Assembly: GCA_024635455.1 (NCBI GenBank)
Contig: JAGXIU010000003.1
Span: forward strand, 133,772-197,771
Reading direction: 5' to 3'
DNA from: Candidatus Saccharimonadota bacterium
GTDB lineage: Bacteria; Patescibacteriota; Saccharimonadia; Saccharimonadales; SLHW01
DNA length: 64,000 bases
Under the pieces are notes generated by a model. It was not told the DNA's origin. It worked only from the letters and a program-made list of their open reading frames with translations, and did no database searches. The position numbers and the translations under genes were made by a program. Shown piece by piece: positions 38,094 through 49,051 of the stretch. How positions within the stretch are numbered: the stretch's first letter is position 1; every line of letters begins with the position of its first letter.

Positions 38094-39070
38094 ATAGAAG
38101 CTGACTCAGCTAACAGAAAGATAATATAGACAGCGAGGAGTATGTAGCCTTCCCTTGCATGCATGACATGTTTATTGCGCAGGAAGTAATACACCAACAG
38201 TATTGCACTAATGGTGAGGACAAAGGTTACCCCGTATTGTTGTACGTCTTGTATATGAATTGGCTGTATTACTGATACGACGCCAAGGACTAGGGTTGAG
38301 TTAATTGTAACTGCGCCAAACAGATTGCCGACAGACACTGCGGATTTTCCGCTCCGGACAGCCCGCAAACCGACGGTTAATTCAGGCAAGCTGGTGCCGA
38401 TAGCTACCACAAATAAGCCAATAATAAATTCAGATATGCCAATAACCTCTGATATATGTGTAACTGAATAAACAATTGTATAGGCGGAAGCAATTAAAAC
38501 GAGGCTTGATGCGAAGAAGATGAGTATCCGCGTAATGAACTGTTTTCTTGATGATGCGGTATGTTTAACGTGCTGCTCCATAGTATGTTTGAAGGTTTTT
38601 TTATCAGGGAATGCATCCTTGTTTCTGATAATTACCGCGATACGAACCAAGAATAATACGAGCAAAAAAGCACCATCAATTCTGGATAATTGCCCATCAA
38701 TTAATAAAACAAACGGCGCAGAGACCAGTAGTAGATTTGCGAGTCGGGTTCCCTCAAATTGCTTGTATTCACGTAGTTTCACACTCTTGCCTATTATTGT
38801 AATCAGGCCTAGGACAAGAGTAATATTCACCAGGTTTGTCCCCAGTACATCACCGAGTGAAAGCTGTGGTACACCAGTAATCGCAGCGTTTACACCAACA
38901 GTAAGTTCGGATAATGAAGTAGCAAGCGATAAGAGCAAAAAAGATAAAACAAACTCAGAAACACCAATATAACGAGATATCGCAGACAGTGAGCGGATAA
39001 CGTAATAGCTTGATCGCACAAGTAGGTATATGCCTACACATAATAGTGCACTGTAAAATAATACATCCAT
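38090..39070 (-). CDS. Na+/Ca2+ exchanger (YrbG/CaCA family)
   Basis: ATSLSEL..GDVLGTN and GTSLPEL..GNLFG alpha repeats. Confidence 0.92.
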   Translation of the reverse strand: MDVLFYSALLCVGIYLLVRSSYYVIRSLSAISRYIGVSEFVLSFLLLSLATSLSELTVGVNAAITGVPQLSLGDVLGTNLVNITLVLGLITIIGKSVKLREYKQFEGTRLANLLLVSAPFVLLIDGQLSRIDGAFLLVLFLVRIAVIIRNKDAFPDKKTFKHTMEQHVKHTASSRKQFITRILIFFASSLVLIASAYTIVYSVTHISEVIGISEFIIGLFVVAIGTSLPELTVGLRAVRSGKSAVSVGNLFGAVTINSTLVLGVVSVIQPIHIQDVQQYGVTFVLTISAILLVYYFLRNKHVMHAREGYILLAVYIIFLLAESASI

Positions 39071-39141
39071 ATAAATAATATGATATCACTATCCGCCTGA
39101 GCGTAATACCGGTTTAATATCAGAATGCTATAGTAATAAAC

Positions 39142-39774
39142 ATGAAGATACTGGTATTTGGGGCCAACGGCAGCATAGGAAAACTTGTTGTGCGGCAAGC
39201 GCTTGAGCGTGGGCATGAGGTAACGGCTTTTGTGTACGAACAAGCTGATGCGGGTAGTACTGCGAACGATAAACTAACCTACTTTCGTGGGGATGCTACT
39301 GACAGTACTGCCGTTAACAAGGTGATGCGGGGTCATGATGCGGTACTTAGTACGCTGGGCCACAGTAGACGAACACCGCTTGAGATGCAATCTGATGCAA
39401 TGCGGGTCATAACTTCAGCTATGAAAAGGTACAACGTCACACGAATCGTCAGCTTGACGGGCGACGGCGTACTGACTACAGGAGACAGAATTCCACTGCT
39501 TAATCGTTTGACGACAGCTTTATTACTTTTTTTGCAACCAAAGCGTATACAAGATGGCATAAAACAGGTTGAAGTGCTAAAAGACAGTGGTCTTGATTGG
39601 GCGGTATTGCGCACACCAAAACATAGAAATGCGCGGCACATTACTACTTACAAACTAACGCCGTATGTCGAGGAGTTTACGATGAGTGTGTCTAGATTGA
39701 ACGTTGCTGACTGTTTACTGCAGTTACTAGAGTCCGACGATATCGTGAATCGACTGCCAGTTCTCAGTGATTGA
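39142..39774 (+). CDS. NAD(P)H-binding oxidoreductase (flavin reductase/BVR-B-like)
   Basis: FGANGSIG, GHEVTA, SGLDW..R. Confidence 0.88.
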   Translation: MKILVFGANGSIGKLVVRQALERGHEVTAFVYEQADAGSTANDKLTYFRGDATDSTAVNKVMRGHDAVLSTLGHSRRTPLEMQSDAMRVITSAMKRYNVTRIVSLTGDGVLTTGDRIPLLNRLTTALLLFLQPKRIQDGIKQVEVLKDSGLDWAVLRTPKHRNARHITTYKLTPYVEEFTMSVSRLNVADCLLQLLESDDIVNRLPVLSD

Positions 39775-39813
39775 CGTGCAGTTTTGTGGCAGAGCCTATA
39801 CTATTAACTATCT

Positions 39814-40941
39814 ATGAATAATAATAGCAACCAAGATTATAACCGCTTGAAGCATACGAGCTACCAACCCGTAAGCGCTACAACACCGGCGCCAAAGCCG
39901 AAAAATACCTGGCTCCGAATATTGGGCCGTGTATTACTATGGTTTGCGATAATTGTCTTTGTTGTAAGCCTCGTCATAGTTAGCTGGAGCGCTCGAAATG
40001 TATCGACTGCTAGTCAGGAATTATTCGATAGCGGTAACCTGCTTCAATTCGTACCTACGGACGCTTTAGATGCAGATGAATCTAACCGCACGAACATTTT
40101 GATCATTGGTAACGCAAGTGATAGAGAGAATCACGGTGGCTCAAACCTTACAGATACTATTTTAATCCTTAGTCTTGGCGAACGTGACGCATATATGCTG
40201 AGCATGCCAAGAGATTTCTACGTACAAATACCTGAGTATGGGTATGGTCGTATCAATGAAGCATTCAGTGCTGGTGAAGCTACGCAGTTCCAGGAAGCTG
40301 GTTTTAGCTCTGGCGGTATCGGTCTGCTTGAGCGAGTTATACATGATGTAACCGGACTGACTACGCACTATGCGATTGAAGTTAACTTCACTGCTGTTGA
40401 AGCTATCGTGGATGCGCTTGGTGGTATACGCGTAGAAATTGATAGCCCAGATGAGCGAGGAATTTACGATCCGAACTTTCAGGAGTTCGAGGGTGGACCG
40501 TTACGGCTTAGTAATGGCGAACAAACGATTTATGGCTCGACTGCACTTCGTCTGAGCCGTGCACGTGACTCGACTAGCCGTGGGTATGGGTTGCCACAGT
40601 CAGACTTTAATCGTACGCAAAATCAGCAAACTATCATTAAGGGTATTATCCAAGAGTTAAATTTGTCTACGCTACTTAATCCACGCACGAACGGTGCAAT
40701 ACTCTCAGCAGTAGCGGAACACATCAAGCTCGATGTGCCGATGAATCAGGCTTACTCACTGTATAGAGGTGTCTCTAGGGTACCGATTGACAAAATCGAC
40801 ACCTACACCTTGCGAGATATGAACGACCAAAATCTACTCTCTAGCTATAGGACGGCGGGAGGAGCAGCAGTGTTGATACCACAAGCTGGGCTACAGAACT
40901 ATAACGGTATCCAGCAAGCAATTGGCTCTATCCACGAATAA
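39814..40941 (+). CDS. LCP (LytR-CpsA-Psr) family protein
   Basis: TM; TNILIIG, TDTI, SMPRD, RAR, DFNR..Q. Confidence 0.9.
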   Translation: MNNNSNQDYNRLKHTSYQPVSATTPAPKPKNTWLRILGRVLLWFAIIVFVVSLVIVSWSARNVSTASQELFDSGNLLQFVPTDALDADESNRTNILIIGNASDRENHGGSNLTDTILILSLGERDAYMLSMPRDFYVQIPEYGYGRINEAFSAGEATQFQEAGFSSGGIGLLERVIHDVTGLTTHYAIEVNFTAVEAIVDALGGIRVEIDSPDERGIYDPNFQEFEGGPLRLSNGEQTIYGSTALRLSRARDSTSRGYGLPQSDFNRTQNQQTIIKGIIQELNLSTLLNPRTNGAILSAVAEHIKLDVPMNQAYSLYRGVSRVPIDKIDTYTLRDMNDQNLLSSYRTAGGAAVLIPQAGLQNYNGIQQAIGSIHE

Positions 40942-41103
40942 CCACATTGATAACAGACGCGAGCTTAATGATATGTAACCAGACAGCTATTGAGCGGCTC
41001 GTATTACAACAATGACTGGATACGTCAGTATATGAAATACATTTAATTTACCTACCGAGCAAGAACACTTGCAAAAAAGAGGCGGTAATAATACGCTTAT
41101 GGT

Positions 41104-42756
41104 ATGGAAGATTTAAAAACAAAACTTGAGAGTATTATAAAAGGTGAAGTATCAACAGATGATGGAGTACTAGAGTTCTATAGCCACGACGCTAGTATGA
41201 TGGAGGTAAAACCAGAAGTCATAACTGCGCCGAAAGATAGCGAAGACGTCCAAGCGTTAGTTAAGTTTGCTGTTGAGAATAAGCACAAATACCCTGGCCT
41301 ATCGTTGGTCGCTAGAAGCGGTGGTACGTGTATGTCTGGTGGCTCAATCGGTGAATCTATCGTCATGGACTTTTCTAAATACTTTACGGATATACGAGAA
41401 GTAACAAGTGAAGTTGGCCATGCTCAACCAGGCGTGTTTTATAGAGACTTTGAGCCTGAGACGCTCAAGCACGGCGCTATCATGCCGAGCTACCCTGCTT
41501 CGCGAGACCTATGTACCATCGGTGGCATGGTGAACAACAATGCTGGTGGAGAAAAATCACTGCAATATGGTAAAACAGAGAAGTTCGTACAAGAGTTAAA
41601 GGTTGTGTTCGCCGACGGCAATGAATATACCGTTACTCCTCTGAATAAAGAAGAGCTTGATAAAAAAATCGCACAGGATGATTTTGAAGGTAATCTTTAT
41701 AAAAAAGTGTATGAATTAATAGAGGCGAACTACGATACCATCAAACAAGCTAAGCCAAATGTCAGTAAAGACTCAACCGGTTATCACTTGTGGAATGTAT
41801 GGGATAGAGAGACGGGTGTATTTGACCTAACGCAAATTATCGTTGGTGGACAAGGCACACTTGGGTTTGTAACCGATATAAAGTTTCGTTTGGTTCCGGC
41901 GCCAAAACATTCCGGTACATTAGTAGTATTTTTACGTGAGACAGAAGATCTCGGCGACATCATAAACACTGTGCTTAAGCACAATCCGGCAACGTTTGAA
42001 GGGTTTGATAACTACACACTAATGCTGAGCTTCAAGCTATTTTTCTACTTCCATAAGACATTGGGGTGGGCTGGCATGATGAAGCTTGGTATCCAATTGA
42101 TTCCAGACGCCTTGAAGCTATTTCGGGGCATACCGAAGATGGTGTTATTGATTGAATTTAATGGAGCAACGCCTGATGAAGTCGCTCAAAAAGTACATCA
42201 GATGCGACAAGGCTTGCAGGAGTATAAGCATGATGCACTTTTCGAAGAAGATGAAACGGAGTTAAAGGCGAAAAAGTTCTGGATTATGAGACGCGAAAGC
42301 TTTAACTTACTCCGGAAAAAGGTAAAAGATAAGCACACCGCACCATTTATCGATGATTTAGTTGTACCACCTGAGCATCTACCAAAGTTCTTACCCGAAG
42401 TACGTGAGATTTTAAAGAAATATAAACTGCTCGCTACTATTGCTGGCCATATGGGCGATGGTAACTTTCATATAATTCCTTTAATGAACATAGAAAAGCC
42501 TGAAGAAAAAGCTAAATTAGAGCCTGCCATGCGAGAAGTAAACACACTCGTACTAAAATACGGTGGTTCGCTATCAGGTGAGCATAACGACGGTATGATT
42601 CGTGGCCCATGGCTAGAGACAATGTACGGCAAAGAAGTTTACGAGATATTTAAGGATGTTAAGAACATATTCGACCCAACCAATGTCTTTAACCCACACA
42701 AGAAGACCGATGCTGACTGGGAGTACACTATGGCCCACGTCAGAGACAAATTCTAG
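41104..42756 (+). CDS. FAD-linked oxidase (GlcD/Dld-like)
   Basis: RSGGTCMSG, TIGGMVNNN, GHMGDGNFH, SGEHNDG, FNP. Confidence 0.88.
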   Translation: MEDLKTKLESIIKGEVSTDDGVLEFYSHDASMMEVKPEVITAPKDSEDVQALVKFAVENKHKYPGLSLVARSGGTCMSGGSIGESIVMDFSKYFTDIREVTSEVGHAQPGVFYRDFEPETLKHGAIMPSYPASRDLCTIGGMVNNNAGGEKSLQYGKTEKFVQELKVVFADGNEYTVTPLNKEELDKKIAQDDFEGNLYKKVYELIEANYDTIKQAKPNVSKDSTGYHLWNVWDRETGVFDLTQIIVGGQGTLGFVTDIKFRLVPAPKHSGTLVVFLRETEDLGDIINTVLKHNPATFEGFDNYTLMLSFKLFFYFHKTLGWAGMMKLGIQLIPDALKLFRGIPKMVLLIEFNGATPDEVAQKVHQMRQGLQEYKHDALFEEDETELKAKKFWIMRRESFNLLRKKVKDKHTAPFIDDLVVPPEHLPKFLPEVREILKKYKLLATIAGHMGDGNFHIIPLMNIEKPEEKAKLEPAMREVNTLVLKYGGSLSGEHNDGMIRGPWLETMYGKEVYEIFKDVKNIFDPTNVFNPHKKTDADWEYTMAHVRDKF

Positions 42757-42853
42757 ACGTAACAGGTTTGCTTATACGCTGGGACTACTGTGACAGTAGC
42801 TAATAATTTTATGCTACACTAAGCTTAAGTATTATTAACAAAAGAGACATTAT

Positions 42854-45379
42854 ATGCACACGTATTATAACGACACCGCTGAGGAAGCGCTTCAAGGTCT
42901 GCAGTCGACTCAAAAAGGTCTATCAAACGAAGAAGCAAAACAACGGCTTAAACAATACGGCCCAAATACCATACATATAAAGGGTGAGCCACTCTGGAAA
43001 AAGATTGTCGAGCCGTTTCGAAGTGTATTCATGCTCATATTATTCATTGCGGCAGGTATTAGTTACGGCACTGGTGAGGCTCTAGATGCGATGATTATTC
43101 TTGTCATCATTGCTATCAGCGCCATCATTTATTATGTGCAGAGTTATTCCACTGAAAGAGTGCTACGCTCATTAAAAAAATACGATGTAGCGAAAATCGA
43201 GGTTAGACGTGATGGTGTCTCAGATAATATCTTAGACGAGGAACTGGTGCCAGGCGACGTGATCCGTCTATATGAAGGCCAAAAGATTCCAGCCGATGCT
43301 CGTTTACTAGATGCGGACACGTTACGTTGTGATGAATCAATATTAACTGGTGAATCAGCACCGGTTACTAAGCGTATCGATGCCCTTGCCGGCAAGAAGG
43401 AAGTATATGAACAGAGAAATATTCTGTTTTCTGGAACGTTTGTTGTCGAAGGAGAAGCAACTGCACTTGTCATTGGTACCGCGAACAATACAGAATTTGG
43501 TAAGATCGCTCTGCTAGCTACAGATAAGGATACTAGTTCCCCGGTCCAGAAAAAAATCGATAAGCATATGCAGCTTACTGTTGCAGTTGTCGGTGTCTTT
43601 TCATCCATTCTATTGATCTTTTCACTTTGGCGCGGTCTCGAAGCGCAAGAAGCCTTTCACTTCATTGTTGCTGTATCCGTTTCTACGATCCCTGAAGGTC
43701 TCCCGGTAGCCATTTCTGTGATTCTAGTCCTTGGTATGCGTCGGATGGCTCGCAGAAAAGCCCTCGTGAGAAATATGGCTGCCATCGAGAACATTGGCCT
43801 CGTCACCACCATCGCTACTGATAAAACCGGCACGCTAACAAAGAATATTTTAGAGGTCAGCGAAGTCTGGCACGTTGATCCGAAAGATAGTCTAGACGAA
43901 ACAGCTTCGCAACTGGTTCTGAGCACCAACCAAAAAGAAGGCATATCTCATGACCCACTTGACACAGCCTTCACGTTATTCGCGAAGAAGCATAAGATTC
44001 AAGCAAACGACTTTACTATTGAGAAAGCACTACCATTCGACCCCGTGCTTGCAATGAGTGGCAATGTTTGGAAAACGCATTCATCACACGATATCTACTT
44101 GAAGGGCTCCCCGGAAAGAATCCTCGAGCATACCGATTTATCAGCGGCTGACAAGAAAAAGACTGAAGAACAACTCCATGCGTATACTTCGCTCGGTCTA
44201 CGTGTCATCGCACTTGGAAGAGTTAAAAATAAAAATATAACTAAGCTTGAAGAGCTGAAAGATCAAGAAATTGAGTTTCTTTCATTGCTCGCCGTCGCTG
44301 ACGAGCTACGCCCCGAAGCAAAATCTTCAATTGAGGAAGTGCAAGCTGCTGGAGTCACAGTGAGGATGATTACCGGTGACCACTTCGAGACGGCTTTTAG
44401 TATTGGTAAGCAACTAGGTCTTTGTGAAACGAGAGAGCAAGTATTCGATAGCCGAAAAATGAGCGAAATGTCAGACGAAGAATTATCTGAATCTGTCGCT
44501 AATTCTCGTGTATTTGCCCGTGTCATTCCGGAGAATAAACATAAGATTCTGCAAGTGCTCAAACAGCACGATATCACAGCAATGACAGGAGATGGGGTAA
44601 ACGATGTCCCTGCACTTTCAAATGCTCATATCGGGTTAGCGATGGGTAGTGGCGCACAGATCGCTCAAGACGCCGGAGACATTACGCTACTTGATAATAA
44701 TTTCAAGACAATAACAGTAGCTTTAAAAGAAGGCCGTAAAATATACGATAACATTCGACGTATGTTATTTTTGTTACATACGACAAACAGTGGTGAGGCT
44801 CTTACTTTTCTTATGGCGTTAGTTATCGGCTTACCGCCGCCTGTGTTGGCTGTTCAGATTCTGTGGATTAACTTGGTTACTGACACAGCTATGGTTATAC
44901 CACTTGGACTTGAGCCGGGCGAAAGTGACATCATGCAGCGAAAACCTCGTCGACCGACAAAGCCAATTCTTGGTAAAGTTATCATAACTCGAATGATATT
45001 AATCGCTATGGTCATGGCAACAGTAACACTCAGCCTGTTTGCTTACTTCAATCAGTTCATGAGTGAAGAGTATGCACGAACGATTGCCTTCAGCGCCTTG
45101 ATTGTTATGCAGTGGGCAGACGCGTTTAACGGTAGAAGCCTATGGCAATCTATATTTATCCGTATTAAGACGATGAACGTAGCATTTTATATTGGTCTAT
45201 CTATAGCCGTTACCATACACCTGTTGACATTGTATGGACCGTTCCAGGAGATGCTATCGATTACCGAGATTAGTGTCGAGCACTTTGTTGTCACCTCGAT
45301 TGTAGCTTTCATACCGATAATTCTAGCTGGTGAATTTCATAAGCTCTTCATCAAGAAGATTGATCCTGAGTTCCGCTAA
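42854..45379 (+). CDS. P-type cation-transporting ATPase (type IIA-like)
   Basis: TGES, PEGLP, DKTGT, KGSPE, TGD, GDGVND. Confidence 0.95.
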   Translation: MHTYYNDTAEEALQGLQSTQKGLSNEEAKQRLKQYGPNTIHIKGEPLWKKIVEPFRSVFMLILFIAAGISYGTGEALDAMIILVIIAISAIIYYVQSYSTERVLRSLKKYDVAKIEVRRDGVSDNILDEELVPGDVIRLYEGQKIPADARLLDADTLRCDESILTGESAPVTKRIDALAGKKEVYEQRNILFSGTFVVEGEATALVIGTANNTEFGKIALLATDKDTSSPVQKKIDKHMQLTVAVVGVFSSILLIFSLWRGLEAQEAFHFIVAVSVSTIPEGLPVAISVILVLGMRRMARRKALVRNMAAIENIGLVTTIATDKTGTLTKNILEVSEVWHVDPKDSLDETASQLVLSTNQKEGISHDPLDTAFTLFAKKHKIQANDFTIEKALPFDPVLAMSGNVWKTHSSHDIYLKGSPERILEHTDLSAADKKKTEEQLHAYTSLGLRVIALGRVKNKNITKLEELKDQEIEFLSLLAVADELRPEAKSSIEEVQAAGVTVRMITGDHFETAFSIGKQLGLCETREQVFDSRKMSEMSDEELSESVANSRVFARVIPENKHKILQVLKQHDITAMTGDGVNDVPALSNAHIGLAMGSGAQIAQDAGDITLLDNNFKTITVALKEGRKIYDNIRRMLFLLHTTNSGEALTFLMALVIGLPPPVLAVQILWINLVTDTAMVIPLGLEPGESDIMQRKPRRPTKPILGKVIITRMILIAMVMATVTLSLFAYFNQFMSEEYARTIAFSALIVMQWADAFNGRSLWQSIFIRIKTMNVAFYIGLSIAVTIHLLTLYGPFQEMLSITEISVEHFVVTSIVAFIPIILAGEFHKLFIKKIDPEFR

Positions 45380-45441
45380 TATAGCGAACTTGCGCTTTCA
45401 TATCGCTACAGATGCGCCTTACGTAGTACTATAGAGGTGCT

Positions 45442-46086
45442 ATGAGTGAGATTAAGGGTCAAATCTTCCGAAGATACATTGTAATATGCTTGCTTGCCCT
45501 ACTGGGCTTTATTGCGCTTGCTATTTACTCATACGTCGAGATTCAAGACTATGAAAAATATCAAGTCTCAGAACTGCAGGAGATTAATCAAGAATTAGAT
45601 AATGACAGCTCTGTAGGATTAGTTTTTGGCGCAGCGATAACTCCAGAGGGAGAACCGCGATCGGTACTACGTGAGCGTCTCGAGACTGCTCATGAGCTAT
45701 ATCAAGCTGGCCTTATTGACCGTGTCCTTGTCTCAGGCTATAACGATACGATCAATAATGACTACAACGAACCACAAGCCATGTTGGAATATTTGCTGGA
45801 ACATGGCGTTGATCGTGATCATATATCGGTGGATTTTTTTGGAGATAGTACATTTATGACTTGTCGGAACGCTAAGGAAGAATTCAATCTTGATACGGCA
45901 GTACTCATTACGCAGACGAGCCATATGAACAGGGCGCTCTACACTTGTCACCATTTCGGTATACAGGCTTACGGGTATAAAGCTGATGGCATCGATTCAA
46001 ACTGGAACGACGTGCACCAAACTATACGAGAGATATTTGGTAACATAAAGGTAGTTATAGAGTCATCCATCGAAAAGGGGTTGTAA
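45442..46086 (+). CDS. SanA/YdcF (DUF218) protein
   Basis: VFGA, LRERL, VSG, YNEP, G.ST, TQ.SH..RA. Confidence 0.85.
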   Translation: MSEIKGQIFRRYIVICLLALLGFIALAIYSYVEIQDYEKYQVSELQEINQELDNDSSVGLVFGAAITPEGEPRSVLRERLETAHELYQAGLIDRVLVSGYNDTINNDYNEPQAMLEYLLEHGVDRDHISVDFFGDSTFMTCRNAKEEFNLDTAVLITQTSHMNRALYTCHHFGIQAYGYKADGIDSNWNDVHQTIREIFGNIKVVIESSIEKGL

Positions 46087-47234
46087 TGCCACGATTAACC
46101 AAAAAGATTGTATTGCTTAGCGTAGCAGGGATACTGCTAGTTGCTGCCAGTCTCTATGTATTCCGCGATGTTATAATTCCTCACTTTTTCCGAGCGACAG
46201 AGACAAACCTTGATACGGGTGTAGAGTTATCTGATGTTGGTCAGAGCACCGAAGACTTATCAATAGTTGCCGAAAATCTAGATATTCCATGGGAGATTGC
46301 CTTCTTGCCGAGCGGAGACATGTTAGTAACCGAGCGAAGCGGCTCTCTGTTGCGTATTGGCGATAATGATCAAAAACATACTATAGAAGGCGTAGAGCAT
46401 AGTGGCGAAGGTGGCTTGCTCGGTCTTGCCTTACACCCGGATTTTCAGGATAATTCTTGGCTTTATTTATATCTCACAACTCGTACTGACCAAGGTTTAG
46501 TTAACCGCGTAGAAAGATACAGTTATATGGACGATAGCTTATCTAAAAAAACAACCATAATTACTGGCATACCAGGGGCGAGCTATCACGATGGAGGTCG
46601 GATTGCTTTCGGCCCTGATGGGTACCTCTATATCACAACTGGTGATGCAGGCATAGAATCGCTTGCGCAAGACACCACTTCCCTGGCAGGTAAAACACTC
46701 CGCGTGGCCGATGATGGTTCTATACCGGACGATAACCCGTTCAGTTCAGCTGTTTATTCGTATGGACATCGTAATGCTCAGGGGATCACATGGGACGATG
46801 CCGGCAACATGTGGCAAACTGAGCACGGACGATCTGGCCGACTTTCTGGTATGGACGAGGTCAATCGCATTGAGCGCAGTAATAATTATGGTTGGCCATT
46901 AATCGAAGGTGATGAGACGAACGCTACTATGCAGTCGCCGATTGCCCACTCTGGTGCGGATGAAACCTGGGCGCCAGCTGGTATTGCCTACCTAGACGGG
47001 CACTTATTTTTCGCTGGCCTTCGTGGAGAGTCACTCTACCAAGCACGAATAAACAATGACAATACATTGTCTATCACGGCGCATCTACGGGAAGACTTTG
47101 GTCGGCTCCGTGCAGTTACCATTGGCTTGGATGGCTTTATTTACGTCTCTACCTCCAACACAGATGGCCGAGGCAGCGAGCGTACTGGCGACGATAAAAT
47201 TATCCGGATAAACCCTACCCTATTCCAGGATTAG
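46086..47234 (+). CDS. PQQ-dependent glucose/sorbosone dehydrogenase family
   Basis: PWEIAFLP, GEGGLLGLALHP, HDGGRIAFGPDG, GHRNAQG, NYGWP. Confidence 0.92.
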   Translation: MPRLTKKIVLLSVAGILLVAASLYVFRDVIIPHFFRATETNLDTGVELSDVGQSTEDLSIVAENLDIPWEIAFLPSGDMLVTERSGSLLRIGDNDQKHTIEGVEHSGEGGLLGLALHPDFQDNSWLYLYLTTRTDQGLVNRVERYSYMDDSLSKKTTIITGIPGASYHDGGRIAFGPDGYLYITTGDAGIESLAQDTTSLAGKTLRVADDGSIPDDNPFSSAVYSYGHRNAQGITWDDAGNMWQTEHGRSGRLSGMDEVNRIERSNNYGWPLIEGDETNATMQSPIAHSGADETWAPAGIAYLDGHLFFAGLRGESLYQARINNDNTLSITAHLREDFGRLRAVTIGLDGFIYVSTSNTDGRGSERTGDDKIIRINPTLFQD

Positions 47235-47486
47235 ATAGCCTGAAAAGGCTTTCATGGCTTGTGTGCCTGGCGTATAATAAAGCTAGTTGTATGGTTCATG
47301 AACGAGCAACTTCGTCATCGTCCATAAGCTTATTATCCATTTTTTTTTGGCAACCACACTTCGGTCACTGGGCGCCTACAATAACTCTCGATCACAAGCA
47401 AATACTACATGATTTGAACGTGTCTGTGGTTTGCTTATACTCTTTTAACTTTTATATACGTTCAGTACTATTTAAGGGGTTATTGT

Positions 47487-47756
47487 ATGGATCCAAACAC
47501 CTATATTGGTGAGCGAGTTGCTGTAGCGGTGACGTACCGCGTACGTGACGATATATCAATCTGCTATCCAGTTAAGATGCGATTCAAGAATAAAGAGATT
47601 ACTTTTACCGAGCTTGGCCTTCGTCATCCAAGCGTTAAGGGCAGGCGTATGGTGCATGTGTTTGATATGTCAGACGGCAGCAATGACTATCGTTTAGAGT
47701 TTGACGCAGAGATGCTCACCTGGACACTCATATCTATCTTGGAGGGCACCTCCTGA
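47487..47756 (+). CDS. small beta-rich protein coupled to dinB
   Basis: 89 aa; stop 1 nt before dinB ATG; ends YRLEFD...WTL. Confidence 0.75.
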   Translation: MDPNTYIGERVAVAVTYRVRDDISICYPVKMRFKNKEITFTELGLRHPSVKGRRMVHVFDMSDGSNDYRLEFDAEMLTWTLISILEGTS

Positions 47757-47757
47757 T

Positions 47758-49011
47758 ATGTTACCGAGAAAGTTACGCCAAGATAAACCTCGTATCATGC
47801 ACATTGACCTAAACAGTGCCTTTGCTACTGCTGAGCAACAGGCCCGCCCTTCCCTGCGCGGTAAACCAATGGGTGTAACTAATCGTATCTCAAAACATTG
47901 TTGTGTCATCGCGGCTTCTTACGAGGCAAAAGCACTTGGCATAAAGGTTGGTATGCGACTAGATGAAGCCCGATTGTTGGCGCCTAACTTCGTGATATTG
48001 GAAACTGATCCGCCAAAGTACCACTATATATACCAAGCTTTGGCAGAGATAATGAAGTCCTACTCTCCAAACGTAGAAATGAAAAGTATTGACGAGGGCA
48101 TCATTGATTTTACTGGTACTGACGAGCACAACAATAATCGCAAGCTAGCTGACATCGGTTTAGAGATAAAGCAGCGTATACAGCAGAAGATGGGCTGCTG
48201 GATGCGAGTAAATATTGGTATTGCGCCAAATCGATTTTTAGCGAAACAGGCAGCTAGCTGGCATAAACCCGACGGGCTGGATGTGCTCGATTATAAAAAC
48301 TTACGAGATTATTATTCCCAGATTGATCTACTAGATATATCTGGAATTGCCTCACACTATCAAGCCCGCCTGCAGGCGGCCGGTATCTTTACACCATTGC
48401 AATTCTTAGATGCTTCGGATGATGTGCTGCGCCGGCAGGTCTTTAAGAGTGTGGTTGGTGAAGATTGGCACCAGCGCCTACGTGGGTATGAAGTCGACAA
48501 TCAGCCAACCAAGCTTGGTAGTGTTGGTAGACAGTTCGTGCTCGATGTCCGCAGTCACGACCCAGAGGTTGTAGTACCACGGTTTCATTATCTGTGCGAA
48601 ACGACGGCTCAAAAGCTTCGCTACCGCGGAGTTGACGCACGTGGCGTATTGGTATGGGTACAGTTACAGTCTGGTGAAAGTTGGTATACCCGTAAAATGT
48701 ACAAGACATCATTCTATACCAATAGCGACCTATACCAGCGGGCATTGTATTTGTTTAACCAGCGACCTCAGCACTCACCAGTCGCCGTTATGGGTATTAC
48801 ATGCTACCAGCTGGCTCATTCTTCACGTAATCAAATAAGCTTGCTCGACACCGTTAATAAAGCAGCCTGGCTGACGCAAGCCATTGACGAGATAAATAAT
48901 CGGTATGGTATGTTTACGCTGGCTTCAGCTGAGGCTTTTACTGGGCATGGACATGTGAAACAAAAGATACCATTTGGCGGAACGGAGTACTTTCGACTCT
49001 TACTAGCGTGA
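47758..49011 (+). CDS. dinB: Y-family DNA polymerase (DinB/UmuC-like); start likely 47758
   Basis: HIDLNSAFA, AASYEAK, SIDE, KPDG. Confidence 0.88.
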   Translation: MLPRKLRQDKPRIMHIDLNSAFATAEQQARPSLRGKPMGVTNRISKHCCVIAASYEAKALGIKVGMRLDEARLLAPNFVILETDPPKYHYIYQALAEIMKSYSPNVEMKSIDEGIIDFTGTDEHNNNRKLADIGLEIKQRIQQKMGCWMRVNIGIAPNRFLAKQAASWHKPDGLDVLDYKNLRDYYSQIDLLDISGIASHYQARLQAAGIFTPLQFLDASDDVLRRQVFKSVVGEDWHQRLRGYEVDNQPTKLGSVGRQFVLDVRSHDPEVVVPRFHYLCETTAQKLRYRGVDARGVLVWVQLQSGESWYTRKMYKTSFYTNSDLYQRALYLFNQRPQHSPVAVMGITCYQLAHSSRNQISLLDTVNKAAWLTQAIDEINNRYGMFTLASAEAFTGHGHVKQKIPFGGTEYFRLLLA

Positions 49012-49051
49012 AAAAACAGAGCGGTTGTGCTTTAATATATAACATACAGCT

